A stretch of DNA of 64,000 bases from an uncultured bacterium (GTDB taxonomy: Bacteria; Desulfobacterota_D; UBA1144), in assembly GCA_913050325.1 (NCBI GenBank), contig CAJWZP010000006.1, positions 25,278 to 89,277 on the forward strand, read 5' to 3'. The position numbers and the translations under genes are program-made. Shown piece after piece: positions 51,098-60,472 of the stretch; within the stretch, counting starts at the first letter, position 1, and the number at the start of each line of letters is the position of its first letter. A model generated the notes under the pieces. It worked only from the letters and a program-made list of their open reading frames with translations, ran no database searches and was not told where the DNA came from.

Positions 51098-52499
51098 GTT
51101 TAAATTTCTTCTTTAATATCTGATTTATGATTTGAGGATTACCCTTACCCTTAGTTAACTTCATAGTTTGTCCAACAAAAAAAGATAAAAGCTTAACTTC
51201 TCCATCAATAATTCTTTGAAATTCTGTAGGATTATTTTTTATAACTTCATCAATGATTTCAGATAATGATTCTTCAGAGCTGTCTTGTTTTAAGCCCATT
51301 TTTTCTACAAGTATTTTTGGATCTTCATTTGTCTGTAAAATTTTATCCAAAATTTCTTTAGCAGAATTATTATTAATAGTTCCTGATATTATTAATTTTA
51401 GTAATTCTGCAAAGTTATTGGGTTCAAGCTTAATTGAATCAATATGTTTTATGATTTCTTTCATTACCCAATTACAAGCAATCTTGGTATCATCTATATA
51501 TTTTAAAGTACTGTCAAAATAATTAGACAATTTGATATTTGAAAGTAATATTTCAATTTCATTTTCCGATAAATTCATTTTTTTATAATTATCTGTCTTG
51601 GAATCAATAGATTCAGGCATTTCATAAATTATTTGGTTTATGTATTCATCATCTAGGATTAAAGGCTGTAAATCAGGATCAGGAAAATATCTATAATCAT
51701 GTGCATCTTCTTTTGATCTCATAGAATATGTTTTATTAGTATTGGAATTAAACAACCTGGTTTCTTGAACTACATTTCCACCATTTTCAATGAGTTTTAT
51801 TTGTCTTGAAATTTCATAATCAACTGCTTTTTGAACATATCTAAAGGAGTTAACATTTTTTATTTCAGTTTTTATACCTAATTCTTTTTGTCCTATGGGT
51901 CTAACCGAGATATTAGCATCACACCTAAAATTACCTTTCTCCATATCACAATCTGAAACACCAGCATAAACTAAAATTTTTCTCAATTTTTTTAAATATT
52001 CAACTGCTTCTAGGGAATTTGAAATATCAGGCTCAGAAACAATTTCAATGAGAGGGACGCCCGCCCTATTAAGATCTACATATGAATACTCAGGTGAAAT
52101 ATCATGAATTAATTTTCCTGCGTCCTCTTCCATATGAATTCTATTAAGTCTGATTTTTTTTACTATTCCATCAGTATTTATCTCTAAATGGCCATTAGAG
52201 GCAATAGGCTCATCATATTGACTGATTTGGTATCCTTTAGGTAAGTCAGGATAAAAATAATGCTTTCGTGCAAAAGATGATTTTTTATTAATTTTACAAT
52301 CGGTTGAAATACCAGCAATTATTGCCAATTTGACAGCTTTCTGATTTAAAACCGGTAAAACACCTGGCAATCCCAAATCTACTATTGATACATTAGAGTT
52401 AGGATCATCACCAAACTCATTATTTGAGGGTGAAAACAATTTAGTATTTGTTTTCAATTGAGCATGCACTTCTAATCCAATCACTGATTCAAATTTCAT
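51090..52499 (-). CDS. gatB: Asp/Glu-tRNA amidotransferase subunit B
   Basis: IGLEVHAQL, YFYPDLPKGYQISQ, HMEEDAGK, RCDANIS, YRYFPDPD. Confidence 0.98.
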   Translation of the reverse strand: MKFESVIGLEVHAQLKTNTKLFSPSNNEFGDDPNSNVSIVDLGLPGVLPVLNQKAVKLAIIAGISTDCKINKKSSFARKHYFYPDLPKGYQISQYDEPIASNGHLEINTDGIVKKIRLNRIHMEEDAGKLIHDISPEYSYVDLNRAGVPLIEIVSEPDISNSLEAVEYLKKLRKILVYAGVSDCDMEKGNFRCDANISVRPIGQKELGIKTEIKNVNSFRYVQKAVDYEISRQIKLIENGGNVVQETRLFNSNTNKTYSMRSKEDAHDYRYFPDPDLQPLILDDEYINQIIYEMPESIDSKTDNYKKMNLSENEIEILLSNIKLSNYFDSTLKYIDDTKIACNWVMKEIIKHIDSIKLEPNNFAELLKLIISGTINNNSAKEILDKILQTNEDPKILVEKMGLKQDSSEESLSEIIDEVIKNNPTEFQRIIDGEVKLLSFFVGQTMKLTKGKGNPQIINQILKKKFKLN

Positions 52500-52542
52500 A
52501 AAAAACCATATAATAAATCTAAAATAGTTTACTATATGAAAT

Positions 52543-53181
52543 ATGATAGCGGATTTTAAAAATAAAAAAATACTTATAATATCACCACACCCGGATGATT
52601 TGGAAATTGGTATGGGTGGGACGGCTTTTATCTTATCTAAAAAGAATCAAATTTATCATATTATATGCACAAATGGCTCAGGTTCTACTAATGAATTTAG
52701 TAGTAAAGAAGTATTGATTCAAAAAAGAAAGGATGAATCAAAGCAAAGTAATAATTTTTTAAAAGTAAAAGAAAGCAAAATATATAAGATTGATCATATC
52801 AAAAATAATAAGAATAAATTAGAATTTATTAAATTATTCAAAAAAGATATTAAAAAAATTAGACCCGATATTCTTTTTTGTACTCACCCTAAACTTGACA
52901 ATCACCCTACCCATAGAAAAATTAGTAGGGAAATAATGAAAATTATAAATAAAAACAAAATAAAGATTTTTTATTACCAAGTATGGGGATGTTTTAATAA
53001 ATTTAATTATTATGTAGATATATCAAAAGTTGTAGAAAAAAAGAAAAAAATGATTAATTTTCATAAATCACAGACATCATACAAAGACTATGTTCAAGGA
53101 ATTATAGGCTTAAATAAATATCATGCAGTTTTTAATAATATCAAAAAAGATGATGAAGCATATATTGAAGTATTTATTTAA
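52543..53181 (+). CDS. PIG-L/LmbE family deacetylase
   Basis: PHPDD.E.G.GG, D.HPTH and HKSQ. Confidence 0.88.
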   Translation: MIADFKNKKILIISPHPDDLEIGMGGTAFILSKKNQIYHIICTNGSGSTNEFSSKEVLIQKRKDESKQSNNFLKVKESKIYKIDHIKNNKNKLEFIKLFKKDIKKIRPDILFCTHPKLDNHPTHRKISREIMKIINKNKIKIFYYQVWGCFNKFNYYVDISKVVEKKKKMINFHKSQTSYKDYVQGIIGLNKYHAVFNNIKKDDEAYIEVFI

Positions 53182-53836
53182 TTATTTTTCCTGTTTTCAT
53201 AAACCACAATATCAAGTCAAGTTCGGCCAGATTGAAATTTGTTTTCTTTGCAAAATTTCTAAGTTTTGATTCAACAATAATATAATTATTTCTAGTTAAT
53301 TTAAAATTGCTAGGTATCAATTTAATTTCTTTCATCTTATTTAAGATATGTTTGTCAAGTATAGCAATATTTTTAAAACCAATATTTCTTAAAAAATGGC
53401 TAGCAGCCTTCATGCCAATTCCTTTAATATTTATATCGTTTGCAAGAAGGTTTCGTAATGCAATTTCATTTTTTTCTTTATTAAGATAATTTTTTAGATC
53501 AAAGTTATAATTTTTTGTTAAGTATTCTCTGGTCAAGAATATGTATTTGCCCCTTACATTATAAAATCTATAACAAGTTTTTAAAAAAGCTATAATATCA
53601 TTCTGATTAGCAGTCAAAAGAAATTTCTTTAACTTTAATTTTTCCGTAGTTTTGAAGGCTAGTTCAGCACTTGTACCCGCTGCTAAAATACAAAAAATTA
53701 ATTCATAAAATAAATCTAAAGGACTACCATTTTTATAGATATCCTCAAAACTGTTAATTTTTTTATCTATTATTCCCTTTTTTTCTTTGTAAATTTTAAT
53801 AATATAAGAAAGCTCTTTAGGGTCGAGATTCATCAA
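53174..53836 (-). CDS. 8-oxoguanine DNA glycosylase/AP lyase (Ogg2 type)
   Basis: ELIFCIL, YRFYN.RG.YI, HhH motif KGIGMKAASHFLRNIG, AILDKH, C-terminal LDLILW..KTGKIIK. Confidence 0.88.
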   Translation of the reverse strand: MMNLDPKELSYIIKIYKEKKGIIDKKINSFEDIYKNGSPLDLFYELIFCILAAGTSAELAFKTTEKLKLKKFLLTANQNDIIAFLKTCYRFYNVRGKYIFLTREYLTKNYNFDLKNYLNKEKNEIALRNLLANDINIKGIGMKAASHFLRNIGFKNIAILDKHILNKMKEIKLIPSNFKLTRNNYIIVESKLRNFAKKTNFNLAELDLILWFMKTGKIIK

Positions 53837-55013
53837 GTAAAACCCTTATTTTTTGACCAATAATTATTTTTGAATCTATAATATTATTCCAATATTTCAA
53901 CTTCTTCACAGGAACATTATAGGTTTTAGATATTAAATAAAGTGAATCACCCTTTTTTACAATATGTAAATAATAATCTCCTTCTTTTATAAAACCTTCC
54001 TGTTTTGAGTAAACGAATAACATTTTTCCAGCAATTATTTTAGAATCTACTAAATCATTTAATTTTATCAAATCTTCAATAGAATTATTAAATTTTAAAG
54101 AAATAGATGACAATGTATCCCCTTTCTTGATTTTGTATTTTATAACAATTCGTTCAGCAACGGTTTTGTTCAGGTAGGAATAAAGCTTATCAATTTTATC
54201 AATTGGAACATTTAAATAATAATCAGAATTAGGTGGAGTTCTTTTTTTCAAAAGAGCATAATTATATGAATATAAATAATCTTCATCTACATCAATTATT
54301 TTTGCAAAATATTCAATACTTTTATCTCTAGGAACTAATACTTTTTTGGTATTTTTTCTTTTTTTAAATTTTATATTTTTGAAATTATATTTATCTAAGT
54401 TTTCAGATATATGAATTAAAGCTATTATTTGTGGAACATATTCCTTAGTTTGCTTAGGGAAATTATTACTTAATAACTTCCAAAAATCATAACTATTTTC
54501 CTTTTCGACCGCTCTTTTAACTGTTAGATCTCCTGAATTATATCCTGCCAGTGCAAGCTCCCATGTTCTAAATTTCTTTCTTAAGCTTTTAAAGTACTTT
54601 ACCGCTGCAAGTGTTGATTTTTCTATATCTTGTCGATCGTCTACCCAATCATCAATTTGTAGATCAAAAATCTTTCCAGTAGATGGCATAAATTGCCATA
54701 ATCCAACTGCTCCTGCACTTGATTCAATTCTTGGATTAAATCCGCTCTCTAACATTGAAACAAAAATTATTTCTTTTGGAATATCATACTCATAAAAAAT
54801 TTTATATATTGTATTTTCATATAATTTAATTTTAGAATATGCTTTTACAAAGAAATCTCTACCTTTTTTATTTTTACTAAAATATTTAACATATTTATTA
54901 ATTTTATTTTTCTTAACAATTGAACCCTTATCAAAAGTTTTAAACTCTTCTATAGTGTTAGAATTTGATTCTAAAAGTAAAAAAAATAAAAAAAATATTA
55001 AAAAATACTTCAT
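53817..55013 (-). CDS. MltD-like lytic transglycosylase with LysM domains
   Basis: LESGFNP...AGAVGLWQFMP.TG, LALAGYN.G and two clear LysM repeats (KKGDTL, KKGDSL). Confidence 0.92.
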   Translation of the reverse strand: MKYFLIFFLFFLLLESNSNTIEEFKTFDKGSIVKKNKINKYVKYFSKNKKGRDFFVKAYSKIKLYENTIYKIFYEYDIPKEIIFVSMLESGFNPRIESSAGAVGLWQFMPSTGKIFDLQIDDWVDDRQDIEKSTLAAVKYFKSLRKKFRTWELALAGYNSGDLTVKRAVEKENSYDFWKLLSNNFPKQTKEYVPQIIALIHISENLDKYNFKNIKFKKRKNTKKVLVPRDKSIEYFAKIIDVDEDYLYSYNYALLKKRTPPNSDYYLNVPIDKIDKLYSYLNKTVAERIVIKYKIKKGDTLSSISLKFNNSIEDLIKLNDLVDSKIIAGKMLFVYSKQEGFIKEGDYYLHIVKKGDSLYLISKTYNVPVKKLKYWNNIIDSKIIIGQKIRVLLDESRP

Positions 55014-55027
55014 AAATCTACTACCTT

Positions 55028-56206
55028 TTAAAGAAAGAGTTTCTTTATTGATCTTGATGCTTGTAAAATTCTTTGCTCATTTTCTATCAATGCAAACCTC
55101 ACATGATTATCACCATTTTTACCAAAGCCAATTCCTGGAGAAACCGCTACATTGCATTCTTTAATTAACATTTTTGAAAATTCCAAAGAGCCCAAATTTT
55201 TAAATTTATCTGGTATCTCAGCCCAAACAAACATTGTTGCTTTTGGTTTTTCTATAATCCATCCCGAATTTGAAAAACTATCAATTAATCTATTTCTTCT
55301 TATTTTATAAGTATCTGAAATCTGATGAACACAATCTTTTGTTTGATTTAAAGCAGTGATTGCAGATATTTGAATGGGTTGGAAAATACCATAATCTAAA
55401 TAACTTTTAACCCTTCTTAGTGCCGATATAATCTCTTTATTACCACTCATGAAACCAACTCTCCATCCAGCCATATTATAACTTTTAGACATTGAAAAAG
55501 ACTCAACTCCAACATCTTTTGCATCCTTTGCTTGCAAAAAACTAGGGGCTTTAAAGCCATCAAAACATATGTCTGCATAAGCAAAATCATGAATTACAAT
55601 AATTCTGTATTTCTTGGCTATATCAACTACCTTATTGAAAAAATCTAAATCAACTGTCTGAGTTGTAGGGTTACTTGGAAAAGATAAAATTAATGCTTTG
55701 GGTTTTGGATCTACATTCAGTCCTTTAATTATACTATCAATCATTTTTTCTTCAGTAAAAGAATCATATGATCTAACATCACCCCTTGCAATTAAAACTG
55801 AGAAACTGTGTATTGGATAACAAGGGTCCGGGACTAATACAACTTCCCCCGGTGATAAAGTTGCAAGCATCAAGTGAGATAATCCCTCTTTTGATCCAAT
55901 TGTTACAATTGTTTCTGTTTCAGGATCAATTGAAACATCATAATTAGATTTATACCAATCAGAAATTGCTAACCTTAATTTTGGTAATCCTGCAGAAACA
56001 GAATATCTATGATTTTTACTTAAAACTGATGATTCCATTAATTTTTCAACTATATGTTTAGGTGTAGGTTGATCAGGATTTCCCATCCCAAAATCAATTA
56101 CATCATTACCATTCCTGCGAGCAGTATATTTAAGTTCATTCACTACCGAAAATACATAGGGCGGTAGTTTAGACAAGAGTGAAAAATAATTACTATCAAT
56201 AGACAT
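55028..56206 (-). CDS. PLP-dependent class I/II aminotransferase (AlaC-like)
   Basis: [34 protein letters not shown]; ATG 56206. Confidence 0.92.
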   Translation of the reverse strand: MSIDSNYFSLLSKLPPYVFSVVNELKYTARRNGNDVIDFGMGNPDQPTPKHIVEKLMESSVLSKNHRYSVSAGLPKLRLAISDWYKSNYDVSIDPETETIVTIGSKEGLSHLMLATLSPGEVVLVPDPCYPIHSFSVLIARGDVRSYDSFTEEKMIDSIIKGLNVDPKPKALILSFPSNPTTQTVDLDFFNKVVDIAKKYRIIVIHDFAYADICFDGFKAPSFLQAKDAKDVGVESFSMSKSYNMAGWRVGFMSGNKEIISALRRVKSYLDYGIFQPIQISAITALNQTKDCVHQISDTYKIRRNRLIDSFSNSGWIIEKPKATMFVWAEIPDKFKNLGSLEFSKMLIKECNVAVSPGIGFGKNGDNHVRFALIENEQRILQASRSIKKLFL

Positions 56207-56261
56207 TTTTTTAAATATAATAAAAGCTATAAGATAATTGTACAATAAGGATTTAATTTAT

Positions 56262-57035
56262 TTGAGAAAAACTATAAAAGACTTGCTAGAATTGAAGTTG
56301 AGAAATGAGAAAATTGTTGCTTTAACAGCATATGATTTTCAAACAGCTCAGATTATAGATGAATTTTGTGATTTTGTCTTAGTTGGAGATTCTCTAGGTA
56401 ATGTATTTCAAGGTAAAGAAACAACACTAAGTGTCACTTTAGACGAAATTATTTATCATGCTAAAGCTGTTAATCTTGCTATTAAAAATGCGCATTTTTG
56501 TGTAGACATGCCTTTTATGTCATATCAATCCAATGTAGACAAAGCTTTAGAAAATATTGGGAGAGTAATGCAAGAAACTAATGCTCAATCAGTAAAAATT
56601 GAAATGAATGAGGACCTTTTAATTCTAATTAAAAAAGCAAGTAATATTGGTATTCCAGTAGTTGCGCATGTTGGACTCTGTCCACAGTCATATAATATTT
56701 ATGGTGGATACAAAAAACAAGGAAAATCAAAAAGTGAAAAGGACTATATATATAATTTAGCCATCGATTCATTTAAAAACGGTGCCTCATTAATTGTGAC
56801 CGAAGGTATACCAGAAATATTAGCAGAAAAGATAACCAAAAATATTGACATACCTACAATAGGAATCGGTGCTGGCTCTAAAACGGACGGACAAATTTTA
56901 GTAACAGAAGACATGCTAGGTATAACTCCATTGCCAAGACCATCTTTTGTTAAATCATTTGCTAATTTAAGAGATACATCAAAAAAAGCTATATTGGAAT
57001 ATAAAAAATATGTCAAAAAAAATAAATCTTCCTAA
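56262..57035 (+). CDS. panB: 3-methyl-2-oxobutanoate hydroxymethyltransferase
   Basis: LTAYD, LVGDSLG, DMPFMSY, VKIE, HVGL.PQ, IGIGAG..DGQILV. Start uncertain (TTG 56238 or 56262). Confidence 0.95.
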   Translation: MRKTIKDLLELKLRNEKIVALTAYDFQTAQIIDEFCDFVLVGDSLGNVFQGKETTLSVTLDEIIYHAKAVNLAIKNAHFCVDMPFMSYQSNVDKALENIGRVMQETNAQSVKIEMNEDLLILIKKASNIGIPVVAHVGLCPQSYNIYGGYKKQGKSKSEKDYIYNLAIDSFKNGASLIVTEGIPEILAEKITKNIDIPTIGIGAGSKTDGQILVTEDMLGITPLPRPSFVKSFANLRDTSKKAILEYKKYVKKNKSS

Positions 57036-57870
57036 AATAATTCATGATCCAAATAAAATGAATTTGGAAACTGTTCGACAAAAAAATAAGAAAAAAAAGA
57101 TAGTTTTCATACCAACCATGGGTGCTCTGCATGAAGGGCATTTATCGTTAATAAAAAAAGGGAAAAAAATTAAAGGTTTAACAATAGTTAGCATTTTTGT
57201 TAATCCAATACAATTTAATGATATTAATGATTTAAAAAAATATCCAAATACTTTAAAAAAAGATATTGAAAATCTGAGACAATTAAAGGTAGATTATCTC
57301 TTTCTTCCAAATGTGGAAAAAATATTTCCAAATAATTTTGAAACAACAGTTTCAATTAACAATTTACAGAAATTTTTATGTGGAAAAAATAGACCTGGTC
57401 ATTTCAATGGAGTTTCTACAATTGTTCTTAAGCTTTTTAATATTATTTCACCAAATGTCGCAATATTTGGAAAAAAAGATTTTCAGCAATTAACAATTGT
57501 TAAAAAAATGGTTGAAGATTTAAATATGAATATCAAAATACTTGAAGGCTCTATAATTCGAGAATCTAATGGATTAGCAATGAGCTCAAGGAATAAGTTG
57601 TTGAGTCCAAAAAATTTTCATAAAGCTTCAAACATTTATAAAGGTTTGAAATATATTAAAGATGAATATAAAAAAGGTGAAAAGAGTTCTAAAAAATTAA
57701 TAAAAAAACTTGAAAAATATTATATACAATCAGAAATAAGGAATATAGATTATATAGAAATATTTGATCCATTAACTTTACATTCAATAAAATATGTCAA
57801 AAAAGGAGCAATAATTGCAATAGCTGTTAAAATAGGAGCTGTAAGATTAATAGACAATTTAAAATTTTAA
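57010..57870 (+). CDS. panC: Pantoate--beta-alanine ligase
   Basis: PTMGALHEGH, SIFVNP.QF, RPGHF, FGKKDFQQ, GLAMSSRN, RLIDN. Confidence 0.97.
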   Translation: MSKKINLPKIIHDPNKMNLETVRQKNKKKKIVFIPTMGALHEGHLSLIKKGKKIKGLTIVSIFVNPIQFNDINDLKKYPNTLKKDIENLRQLKVDYLFLPNVEKIFPNNFETTVSINNLQKFLCGKNRPGHFNGVSTIVLKLFNIISPNVAIFGKKDFQQLTIVKKMVEDLNMNIKILEGSIIRESNGLAMSSRNKLLSPKNFHKASNIYKGLKYIKDEYKKGEKSSKKLIKKLEKYYIQSEIRNIDYIEIFDPLTLHSIKYVKKGAIIAIAVKIGAVRLIDNLKF

Positions 57871-57888
57871 TTTAAAATAGTGAATAAA

Positions 57889-58278
57889 ATGAACGTAACA
57901 ATTTTAAAATCAAAAATTCATAGAGCAACAGTAACTGAAGCTAATTTATACTATGAAGGAAGTATAACAATTGATAAAAGCTTAATGGAAGCAGCATGTT
58001 TTGTTCATTATGAACAAGTTCATATATTTAATCTAACTAATGGTGAAAGATTTATAACCTATGTTATAGAAGGGGAAAGAGACTCTGGCGTCATTTGTAC
58101 AAACGGTGCTGCAGCGCATTGTGCAAGAAAAGGTGATTGCTTGATAATAGTATCTTTCGCAAATCTTGATCAAAAAGATGCAAAAATTTATAAACCTAAA
58201 TTGGTTTATGTCAATAATGATAATAAACAAGTTGATGTAGATTTATTAGATGGAAAACTTGTAAAGATACTAGGATAA
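57889..58278 (+). CDS. panD: Aspartate 1-decarboxylase
   Basis: KSKIHRATVT, YEG/SITID autocleavage site, NGERF.TY, NGAAA. Confidence 0.97.
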   Translation: MNVTILKSKIHRATVTEANLYYEGSITIDKSLMEAACFVHYEQVHIFNLTNGERFITYVIEGERDSGVICTNGAAAHCARKGDCLIIVSFANLDQKDAKIYKPKLVYVNNDNKQVDVDLLDGKLVKILG

Positions 58279-58407
58279 TTTAATTAAAATACTTAATTTT
58301 TTAACTATTATAAAACCATATCAAAATAAATAGTATTTTTTTTCTTTTTTCTATCATTTTTATTTGACTTAAAATAAATTGAAGTTTATAAATAAAATTC
58401 ATATATC

Positions 58408-59163
58408 ATGAAAGCAATTATATTAGCAGCCGGTAAAGGTGAAAGACTTCAGCCACATACTAAATATATTCCCAAATCACTCTTAAAAATTAATAGATAT
58501 ACGATTTTAGAAAATCAAATAAATCACTTAAAAAAATGTGATATAGATGAAATAAATGTTGTTGTTGGTTTTGCATATCAAAAAGTAGAGGAATTCTTAA
58601 GTAATTTAAATATTTTAGGAATAAAAATTAATACTATATTTAATCCTTTTTGGAGCTCAACAAATAGTTTATTCTCTCTATGGTCAGCAAGAGATGTTAT
58701 TAACGATGATATTATTTTATTGAATGGTGATGATGTTTTTGAAATTAATGTATTGAGAAAAATTATATCTAATAAAGATGAAATATGTTTACCATATAAA
58801 AAAAAGGTTGAATATACCCCAGAAGATATGAAGATTGTTTTAGAAAATAATTCTGTAAAATCAATTGGAAAAAAAATTTCCAAAAATATAACTGGTGAAT
58901 CGGTTGGAATTAGAAGTTTTCGAGGTGAAGGAACGATGATTCTTAAAAGAGCCTTGGAAAAAGAAATTAGATCAGATTCATTTAATAAAAAATGGTACGC
59001 ATCAGCTATTGAAAGAATAATTAATAGAGGCCATATCGTATCCGCAATGAATATAGAAGAATTGTATTGGCATGATGTTGATTATATCCATGATCTTAAT
59101 AATGCAAGAGATAATTCAGATATTATTGAATCCGATAACAAAGAAGAACTAAGAGTGGTTTAA
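58408..59163 (+). CDS. Cytidylyltransferase (LicC/IPCT-like NTP transferase)
   Basis: ILAAGKGERL...PKSL, NP.W..TN, LNGD, GESVG, W.DVD...DL. Confidence 0.88.
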   Translation: MKAIILAAGKGERLQPHTKYIPKSLLKINRYTILENQINHLKKCDIDEINVVVGFAYQKVEEFLSNLNILGIKINTIFNPFWSSTNSLFSLWSARDVINDDIILLNGDDVFEINVLRKIISNKDEICLPYKKKVEYTPEDMKIVLENNSVKSIGKKISKNITGESVGIRSFRGEGTMILKRALEKEIRSDSFNKKWYASAIERIINRGHIVSAMNIEELYWHDVDYIHDLNNARDNSDIIESDNKEELRVV

Positions 59164-60393
59164 ATGTCGCCTATTATAATTTTAGACGGTTTAGGTCTAA
59201 ATAATGAAACTTTAGATAATTTCTTAACTGTGAAAATTGCAGATATTCCTTTGTTTGAAAGATTAATGATAATACTTGAATCGGAAGGTTTTAAGAATAT
59301 TTATTTACTAACCGACAAAAAAATTAAAATTTCTAATAAAAACATAAAAAAACCGATAGGAATTAAATATATCAATAGTTCAGAGCTAAAGAATTTGGAT
59401 CAAGATCTTTTGTGTTTTCAATCAAATGTTGTTATGAATAAAAAACAACTATCGAATTTAATAAATCATTTAAAAAATATAAATACTTGTACAAATTTCA
59501 AATTTAATAATAAATTTTCTGGTGTTAGTTTCATTCATAATTCTAAACTGAAAGATATAGAGACCAATAATGTAGAAAATTCAAAATTTAAAGATTTTAA
59601 ATCGCTGAACTTAACAGATTCTCCAATATGCTTAGATGAAAGAGAAATTGATACAAACAATGGGCGTGATTTTCTTTTTAATCACATAAGTAAGAACGTT
59701 AGTGGATGGGTTTCAAAGAATATAAATAGCAAAATATCAATACCTGTAAGCAAAATTTTAATAAAATTTAACATACATCCAAATACAATTACTTTTTTTG
59801 TTGGATGTTTAGGAATTTCATGTGGATATTTTTATGCAACCAATAATCCATTTATCGGTGCTATCATCCTGCAACTATCAACTATTTTAGATAGATGTGA
59901 TGGAGAAGTTGCAAGGATTAAATTAAAAGAATCTAAATTTGGGCAATGGTTTGATACTGCCCTAGATCAATTATCATACTTCTCTATGTTTATAGGAATT
60001 GCAATTTGCTTAAACAATCCAAATTATTTTTCTTTATCTAATATAAATATTATTATTAAACAGTTTTCAATTATAAATGTATTACTATATATAATTTTCA
60101 TAACAACGGTATTGTTTTTTATGATAAGACGAACAAGTAATGGAAGTCTTGCTTATTATCCAGGTGAAGTGGATAAAAGGGTTCCTATTAAAGAGAGGTC
60201 TTTTTTTTATAGAGTAATTTCTAAATATAGATTTATGCTAAAGAGAGAATTCTTTTCACCAGCTATGATATTTGGAAGTTTATTAGGTTATAAAGTTTTG
60301 GCCATAGTTACTTTAATTTTATTTATTTTTGGACTTTATCACCAAGTTTCGGATTATCTAGCACTTAAAGAGAGAACTGACATTACTTATTAA
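59164..60393 (+). CDS. CDP-alcohol phosphotransferase with a degenerate N-terminal NTP-transferase-like domain
   Basis: HPNTIT and the DRCDGEVAR...G..FD..LD signature; soluble N-terminal ~170 aa (KIADIPLFER...GF); C-terminal TM segments. Confidence 0.88.
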   Translation: MSPIIILDGLGLNNETLDNFLTVKIADIPLFERLMIILESEGFKNIYLLTDKKIKISNKNIKKPIGIKYINSSELKNLDQDLLCFQSNVVMNKKQLSNLINHLKNINTCTNFKFNNKFSGVSFIHNSKLKDIETNNVENSKFKDFKSLNLTDSPICLDEREIDTNNGRDFLFNHISKNVSGWVSKNINSKISIPVSKILIKFNIHPNTITFFVGCLGISCGYFYATNNPFIGAIILQLSTILDRCDGEVARIKLKESKFGQWFDTALDQLSYFSMFIGIAICLNNPNYFSLSNINIIIKQFSIINVLLYIIFITTVLFFMIRRTSNGSLAYYPGEVDKRVPIKERSFFYRVISKYRFMLKREFFSPAMIFGSLLGYKVLAIVTLILFIFGLYHQVSDYLALKERTDITY

Positions 60394-60472
60394 ATTTTCT
60401 TATACAGAATATTATTAAAAAGCTAAAGGATAACCATGTAGCTGATAACATAAGAATAGAGCCTGTTTCCAT
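60383..60472 (-). CDS. Putative MetS-like small subunit of the NSS transporter (METGSILMLSATWLSFSFLIIFCIRKFNK)
   Basis: Hand translation; TAATG overlap with the transporter stop; AGGAG upstream; single TM. Confidence 0.65.
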   Translation of the reverse strand: METGSILMLSATWLSFSFLIIFCIRKFNK

